Source of the DNA: an uncultured Chloroflexia bacterium
GTDB lineage: Bacteria > Chloroflexota > Limnocylindria > Limnocylindrales > CSP1-4
Reading direction: 5' to 3'
DNA: 64,000 bases
Assembly (NCBI GenBank): GCA_963745405.1
Contig: CAVUWY010000002.1
Location: forward strand, 2,005,013-2,069,012
Positions 59,140 through 64,000 of the stretch are shown here, piece after piece. A program made the translations under genes and the position numbers. Positions within the stretch are counted from its first letter, which is position 1. Each line of letters begins with the position of its first letter. The notes under the pieces are model-generated. The model was not told where the DNA came from. It saw only the letters and a program-made list of their open reading frames with translations, and did not search any database.

Positions 59140-59835
59140 TCAGGCGACGCCGGCACGGCGGCGGTCGACGAGCGTGCGGGCCGTCTCGGCGGCGATCGCG
59201 GCATCGCGGCAGTACGCGTCCGCCCCGACGGCCATCCCGAACTCCTCGTTGAGCGGCGCGCCGCCGACGAGGACGATGTAGTCGTCCCGGATGCCCCGCG
59301 ACTTGAGCGCCTCGATGACGACCTTCATGTACGGCATCGTCGTCGTGAGGAGGGCCGACATGCCGAGGATGTCGGGCTTGTGGGTCTCGAGCGCCGCCAG
59401 GAACTTGTCGGCATCGGTGTTGATGCCGAGGTCGAAGACCTCGAAGCCGGCGCCCTCGAGCATCATCGCCACGAGGTTCTTGCCGATGTCGTGGATGTCG
59501 CCCTTGACCGTCCCGATGACGACCTTGCCGACGGGCTTGGCCCCGGTCTCGGCGAGGAGCGGCCGGAGGATGCCCATGCCGGCCTTCATCGCGTTGGCGG
59601 CGAGGAGGACTTCGGGAACGAAGAGGATGCCGTCGCGGAAGTCGATGCCGACGATGCGCATCCCCTCGACGAGGGCCTCATTGAGGACGCGCTCGGGACC
59701 CCAGCCCCGGCCGAGGAGGATATTCGTGCCCTCGACGATCTCGGCGGCCATGCCGTCGTAGAGGTCGTTGTGCATCTGCTCCGTCAGCTCCTCGTCGGAG
59801 AGACTGGCGAGATCGAGCTCTTCGTCGTCGGCCAT
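59140..59835 (-). CDS. Corrinoid (B12-binding) protein, MtgC/MttC-like
   Basis: B12-binding-2 cap domain plus Rossmann domain with the DxHxxG motif (GDIHDIG) and the MSALLTT motif. Confidence 0.9.
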   Translation of the reverse strand: MADDEELDLASLSDEELTEQMHNDLYDGMAAEIVEGTNILLGRGWGPERVLNEALVEGMRIVGIDFRDGILFVPEVLLAANAMKAGMGILRPLLAETGAKPVGKVVIGTVKGDIHDIGKNLVAMMLEGAGFEVFDLGINTDADKFLAALETHKPDILGMSALLTTTMPYMKVVIEALKSRGIRDDYIVLVGGAPLNEEFGMAVGADAYCRDAAIAAETARTLVDRRRAGVA

Positions 59836-59913
59836 GGCGCTGGTCGTATCTCCCGGTATCGAGCCCCCCGCACCCGATGGGGGTTCCCCCCGCCACCCAT
59901 CGAGCGCCGGCTA

Positions 59914-59946
59914 TTCCACCATGCGGAACGGTGCCGTATGATGGAA
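59914..59946. promoter_or_regulatory. Candidate IclR operator: 13-bp inverted repeat TTCCACCATGCGG-N7-CCGTATGATGGAA
   Basis: 11/13 symmetric. It lies in the 145-bp divergent spacer between the corrinoid operon and iclR, 35 bp upstream of the iclR ATG. Confidence 0.4.
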
Positions 59947-59980
59947 CGCGCCGGTGGCAGCGTAGCCCGCGGAGGCGCCG

Positions 59981-60745
59981 ATGTCCAGAGTCCAATCCGT
60001 CGAACGCGCCTTCGCCGTGCTCGGTGCGCTCGCCGACGGACCGCTCGGCGTCACCGAGATCGCCGATCGCGTCTCTTTGCCGAAGAGCACCGTCGCCCGG
60101 CTCCTGCGAACCCTCCAGGAGGAGGACGCGGTCGAGCAGGCGAGCGGCGACAGCCGCTATCGACTCGGCGAGCGGATCGCCTCGCTCGCCGCCGGGGTCA
60201 CCGCCGGTGGGAGCATCGTCTCCATCGCCCGCCCCGACCTCGAGGAGCTCGCGACCATGGCCGGCGAGGCGGCCGGTCTGGCCATCCCCGACGGGTTCCG
60301 AGTCCACTACATCGACCAGGTCGATACGCCGAACGCCGTCCAGGCCCGCGACTGGACGGGTACCCGGGTGCCGATGCACGCGGTCCCGTCGGGCCAGGTC
60401 ATCCTTGCCCACCTGCCGCCGGCCGAGCTGGAGCGTTTCCTCGCCGAGCCGCTCGAGCGGTTCACCCCGCGCACGCTCACCGATCCTCCCGCCCTCCGCC
60501 GACGCCTCGACGAGGTGCGCCTCGAGGGTCTCGCCTGGGTCCACGAGGAGTTCGACCTCGGGATCGACTCCGTCGCCGCGCCGATCCTCGACAGGGGCGG
60601 GTCGGCGGTCGCGGCCATCCACGTTCACGGCCCGTCCTATCGCTTCCCGCGCCGCGACTCCTCCCGGCTCGCCGAGCAGATCGCGGCGGCCGCGGCGGCT
60701 ATCTCCGATCGCCTCGAGCGCACCTCCGGCGGCGCCCGCCGCTGA
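59981..60745 (+). CDS. IclR-family transcriptional regulator
   Basis: SVERAFAVLGALADGPLGVTEIADRVSLPKSTVARLL wHTH plus the effector domain. Confidence 0.85.
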   Translation: MSRVQSVERAFAVLGALADGPLGVTEIADRVSLPKSTVARLLRTLQEEDAVEQASGDSRYRLGERIASLAAGVTAGGSIVSIARPDLEELATMAGEAAGLAIPDGFRVHYIDQVDTPNAVQARDWTGTRVPMHAVPSGQVILAHLPPAELERFLAEPLERFTPRTLTDPPALRRRLDEVRLEGLAWVHEEFDLGIDSVAAPILDRGGSAVAAIHVHGPSYRFPRRDSSRLAEQIAAAAAAISDRLERTSGGARR

Positions 60746-60863
60746 CGACCAGCACTCACGACCGCGGTTGGCCCCCGGTCTGTCCCGCCTCTCGCGCGCG
60801 CCGCTTGACGCCGCCAGCCGGAGCCCCAATCCTCAGACGTCGAAGCCCACCGAGAGGACGCCC

Positions 60864-62333
60864 GTGCCGGACCTGTTCATCGACGGCTGCTGGACCGCCG
60901 GGTCGTCCGGTGAGATGAGCCCCGTCGTCGCCCCGTTCGACGGTCGGACCCTGACCCACGTCGACGTGGCCGCGGACGACGACGTCCAGGGGGCGATCCT
61001 GGCCGCCCGCCACGCCTTCGACCACGGACCGTGGCCGTCCACGCCTGCCCCCGAGCGCGGCGCACTCCTCGGTCGGATCGCCGACCTGCTCGAGCGCGAC
61101 CTCGAGGAGATCGCCCGCGAGGAGACGAGCAACACCGGCAAGGCCCTCCGCGAGGGTCGCTACGACGTCGAGGATTCCGCCCGCGTCTTCCGCTACTACG
61201 CCGGTCTCGCCGACAAGGACGCCGGCCGGGTGGTGGCGACGGGCACGCCCGGCGCTCTGAGCCGCATCGTCTACGAGCCTATCGGCGTCTGCGCCCTCAT
61301 CGGACCGTGGAACTACCCGCTCCTCCAGATCTCGTGGAAGATCGCTCCGGCCCTCGCCGCGGGCGACACGTTCATCCTCAAGCCGGCCCAGCTGACGCCG
61401 CTCACCGCGATCCACCTCATCCGGCTGATCGAGGAGGCGGGCCTGCCGGCCGGCGTCGGGAACCTCGTCCTGGGTCCGGGCGAACGGGTCGGGCGGGCCC
61501 TTGCCGAGAGTCCGGCCGTCGACTTCGTCTCCCTGACCGGTGGCATCGATGCGGGGCGGGAGATCATGCGGTCGGCCGCCGGCAACATGAAGAAGGTCGC
61601 CTTCGAGCTCGGCGGCAAGAGCCCCAACATCGTCTTCGCCGACGCCGACTTCGAGACCGCGGTCGACAACGCCCTCACCGCCGCGTTCGTCCACTCCGGC
61701 CAGGTCTGCTCGGCCGGCTGCCGGGCCCTCGTCCAGGACGGGATCTACGACCGCTTCGTCGCCGAGGTCGCCCGGAGAACCGAGCTCATCCGCCTCGGCG
61801 ACGGCTTCGACGAGGCGACCGAGGCGGGGCCGCTCATCAGCGAGGCCCATCGCGCCAAGGTGGAGTCCTACATCGAGATCGGGCGGGCCGAAGGTGCGCG
61901 CCTCGTGGCCGGCGGTCGGCGGCCGACGGAGCCCGAGCTGCAGGACGGCTTCTTCGTCCGGCCGACGGTCTTCGCCGACTGCGACCGCGGCATGCGGATC
62001 GTCCGCGAGGAGATCTTCGGGCCGGTCCTCACGATCGAGCGCTTCTCGACCGAGGAGGAGGCCGTCGAAGCGGGCAACGACACGACCTACGGCCTGGCCG
62101 GCGCCGTCTGGACCGCCGACGCCTCACGGGCCCAGCGGGTCGCCTCGAAGCTTCGCCACGGGACGATCTGGATCAACGACTATCACCCGTATCTGCCGCA
62201 GGCCGAGTGGGGCGGCTTCAAGCAGTCGGGCATCGGCCGTGAGCTGGGGCCGACCGGTTTCGACGAATACCGCGAACCGAAGCACATCTACCAGAACACC
62301 GAGCCGGGGCCGTCGGGCTGGTTCGGCGGCTGA
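60864..62333 (+). CDS. NAD-dependent aldehyde dehydrogenase, betaine-aldehyde-dehydrogenase-like
   Basis: GTG 60864 after GAGAGGA. ELGGKSP and SGQVCSAG catalytic motifs. The C-terminal WINDYHPYLPQAEWGGFKQSGIGRELG is typical of BetB-type enzymes. Confidence 0.8.
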   Translation: MPDLFIDGCWTAGSSGEMSPVVAPFDGRTLTHVDVAADDDVQGAILAARHAFDHGPWPSTPAPERGALLGRIADLLERDLEEIAREETSNTGKALREGRYDVEDSARVFRYYAGLADKDAGRVVATGTPGALSRIVYEPIGVCALIGPWNYPLLQISWKIAPALAAGDTFILKPAQLTPLTAIHLIRLIEEAGLPAGVGNLVLGPGERVGRALAESPAVDFVSLTGGIDAGREIMRSAAGNMKKVAFELGGKSPNIVFADADFETAVDNALTAAFVHSGQVCSAGCRALVQDGIYDRFVAEVARRTELIRLGDGFDEATEAGPLISEAHRAKVESYIEIGRAEGARLVAGGRRPTEPELQDGFFVRPTVFADCDRGMRIVREEIFGPVLTIERFSTEEEAVEAGNDTTYGLAGAVWTADASRAQRVASKLRHGTIWINDYHPYLPQAEWGGFKQSGIGRELGPTGFDEYREPKHIYQNTEPGPSGWFGG

Positions 62334-62437
62334 GGGCCGGGGCCCTTTCTCGGGCCAAGCCCGGGCCCGTATCGGGCCGGACCGGAACGGCCCGGTCGAT
62401 GACCGGGCCGTTCGTGTCTGTGAGCTGAGCCAGTCGG

Positions 62438-64000
62438 TTACTCCGCCGGGATCTCCGCGTGGATCGCGTCCAGGTCGACTCCCTGCGAGCGCCGGACGAG
62501 CCGGGCCACGACGTAGACGACCGCGGCGATCACGTAGATCGCGGCGAGGAATTGGATGGATTGGGTATTGCCGATGCCGATCCCGTAGAGCGGATCCCAC
62601 AGCCACTGATAGATGACCCAGCCGAGGAAGATCGTCGTTATCGCGCCGGCGATGCTGATGATCGGCAGTCCGCCGATCGCATACCGGACGAGGGGCGACT
62701 TCTGATAGATGTCCTTCTTCCACCACGGCAGGATCGTGGCAGCGATCGCAGTCCCGAAGAACGTGACCGCGATGACGAGCGATGCGTCGAGGGTGAGCTT
62801 CGAGAAGCCCGTCACGTACGAGTACAGGTACGAGACGATGACCCCCGGGATCATGATCAGGAGCAGTGCCGTCCACGGCACGCCGCGGTCGGAGACGCGG
62901 GCGGCCCGCTCCGGCAGGACCCGGTCGAAGGCGGCGGCGAAGATCATCCGGGTCGAGGACAGCCAGAGGGTCCCGGCCCAGCCGAGGAACCAGACCCCGA
63001 AGATGATCACGATGATCATCTGGATGAGGTGGTTGTCGATGAGGAACGCCGCCAGCATCGGCGGGTAGCCCCAGATCGGGATCGCCGGTGCAGTGGTGAC
63101 GTAGCCGTAGGCGTAGTTGATGAAGTTGACGTTGCCGGCGTTGAAGAAGTCCCAGCCGAACGTCTTCGCCGCGAGCAGGACGAAGACGATGGCGAGGATG
63201 ATCGTGACCCACAGGCCGCCGAGCATCCCGTTGAGGACCTTGCGGAAGTCGCCGGCCCCGCGGACCTCGCCATAGAGGGTCGCGCCCCAGTTCGGGTAGA
63301 GGATCCAGAACATCATGAACGGCAGGAGCAGCCAGGTCCCGGTCCCGAGCCCGAAGTCGAGCGGCGAGCCGCCGGGCACGAAGGCGTCGTTGGCCACCGC
63401 GTTGTCGATCGTCGCCTGGTAGGCGTTGGCCACGCCGAACAGGCTCTGGCCCTCACGGTCGAAGGCGGTCTTGAAGGCATCCTGTGACCCGACGAGCATG
63501 AGGATGAACATCGCGGCCAGGGCGATGAGGCCGATGTAGAGGCTCACCCGCTGGATCCGGGCGTAGCCGGCCATGCCGAGGGCCACGGCGCCCGAGGCGA
63601 TGATGATCGTGATGATCGAGACGGTGAACGTGCCGGTCGCCGTCCCGAGGAAGGTCAGCAGGTCGGTGGCGCCGGCGATCGCGGCGAGCGGCTGCAGCAC
63701 CTCGATGTTGAGGATGTAGCCGTAGATCGGTGCCCACAGGGCGAGGATGAACCACCAGCCGGTGCTGGACAGGACGAAGCCGATGCCGCCTCGCCGCATC
63801 CCGAGGATCGCCCCGATCACCAGCCCCGCGATGCCGGCGACGATGGCGATGGCATCGCCGAGGGCGAAGGCGTTGGCGGCCAGGTAGCCGGTCAGTCCGC
63901 CGACGAGGGCGGCGACGACGGCCCCGGGGACACCGTCGAAGATCCGAGTCTGCCAGACGTAGTCGCCGCCGGCCCGGGGCATGACGGCGATAAGACCGGC
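62438..64000 (-). CDS. APC-superfamily amino acid/amine permease (5' end outside window)
   Basis: 12-TM pattern. The ORF stays open to the window edge (…AGLIAVMPRAGGDYVW is an internal APC motif). Confidence 0.85.
   Translation of the reverse strand, partial: AGLIAVMPRAGGDYVWQTRIFDGVPGAVVAALVGGLTGYLAANAFALGDAIAIVAGIAGLVIGAILGMRRGGIGFVLSSTGWWFILALWAPIYGYILNIEVLQPLAAIAGATDLLTFLGTATGTFTVSIITIIIASGAVALGMAGYARIQRVSLYIGLIALAAMFILMLVGSQDAFKTAFDREGQSLFGVANAYQATIDNAVANDAFVPGGSPLDFGLGTGTWLLLPFMMFWILYPNWGATLYGEVRGAGDFRKVLNGMLGGLWVTIILAIVFVLLAAKTFGWDFFNAGNVNFINYAYGYVTTAPAIPIWGYPPMLAAFLIDNHLIQMIIVIIFGVWFLGWAGTLWLSSTRMIFAAAFDRVLPERAARVSDRGVPWTALLLIMIPGVIVSYLYSYVTGFSKLTLDASLVIAVTFFGTAIAATILPWWKKDIYQKSPLVRYAIGGLPIISIAGAITTIFLGWVIYQWLWDPLYGIGIGNTQSIQFLAAIYVIAAVVYVVARLVRRSQGVDLDAIHAEIPAE

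Noticed and set aside
59836-59980. Cobalamin riboswitch in front of the corrinoid operon
   Set aside because: The spacer is only 145 bp and shared with the iclR promoter. I could not find a B12-box-like element by eye. An Infernal scan would be needed to exclude it formally.

Overview
High-GC (about 70% G+C by eye, strong GC3 bias) chromosomal segment that looks like Actinomycetota, with about 65 protein genes and one tRNA. All family names come from reading the translated ORFs; no database search was run.

Most of the window is core or metabolic:
- A ThrC-like / MoaD-like sulfur-carrier pair.
- A GMC oxidoreductase.
- A ROK-regulated sugar ABC importer convergent with a GH1 beta-glucosidase.
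- msrA, a PadR-PspC pair, mscL and fabI.
- A P5C-dehydrogenase-like ALDH.
- A second IclR-associated sugar ABC importer.
- An aminotransferase / CoA-transferase cluster.
- An MMPL transporter, a phosphotriesterase-family protein, OsmC and a YcaQ/AlkZ-like protein.

Two regions stand out:
1. A ~4.7 kb integrative islet sits in tRNA-Gly(UCC) at 17554-22256. It is bounded by a 46-bp direct repeat of the tRNA 3' part. It carries a tyrosine integrase, an Xis/MerR-like HTH gene and a cargo pair: a 37-aa CxxC micro-ORF plus a 351-aa orphan protein with two R-x4-6-H (HEPN-like) motifs. This is my best candidate for an undescribed, possibly defence or abortive-infection type module.
2. A tightly coupled seven-gene minus-strand operon at 52722-59835 encodes a complete corrinoid-dependent methyl-transfer pathway. 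The genes are a corrinoid protein, DUF1638, a small conserved ORF, a pterin-binding methyltransferase, a RamA-like activase, a non-Pyl MttB-family methyltransferase and MetF. It lies next to IclR, a betaine-aldehyde-dehydrogenase-like ALDH and an APC permease.

Smaller oddities:
- A class-V aminotransferase broken by two compensating frameshifts.
- MscL with a zinc-ribbon tail.
- A MoaD-like protein with an internal GG and a Cys-rich tail.
- A 650-bp gene-free convergent spacer with a MITE-like inverted repeat and heptamer tandem repeats.
- Short tandem duplications at gene 5' ends.
- Several candidate operators.

Many long ORFs in the track are antisense or out-of-frame artefacts of high GC and were not called.
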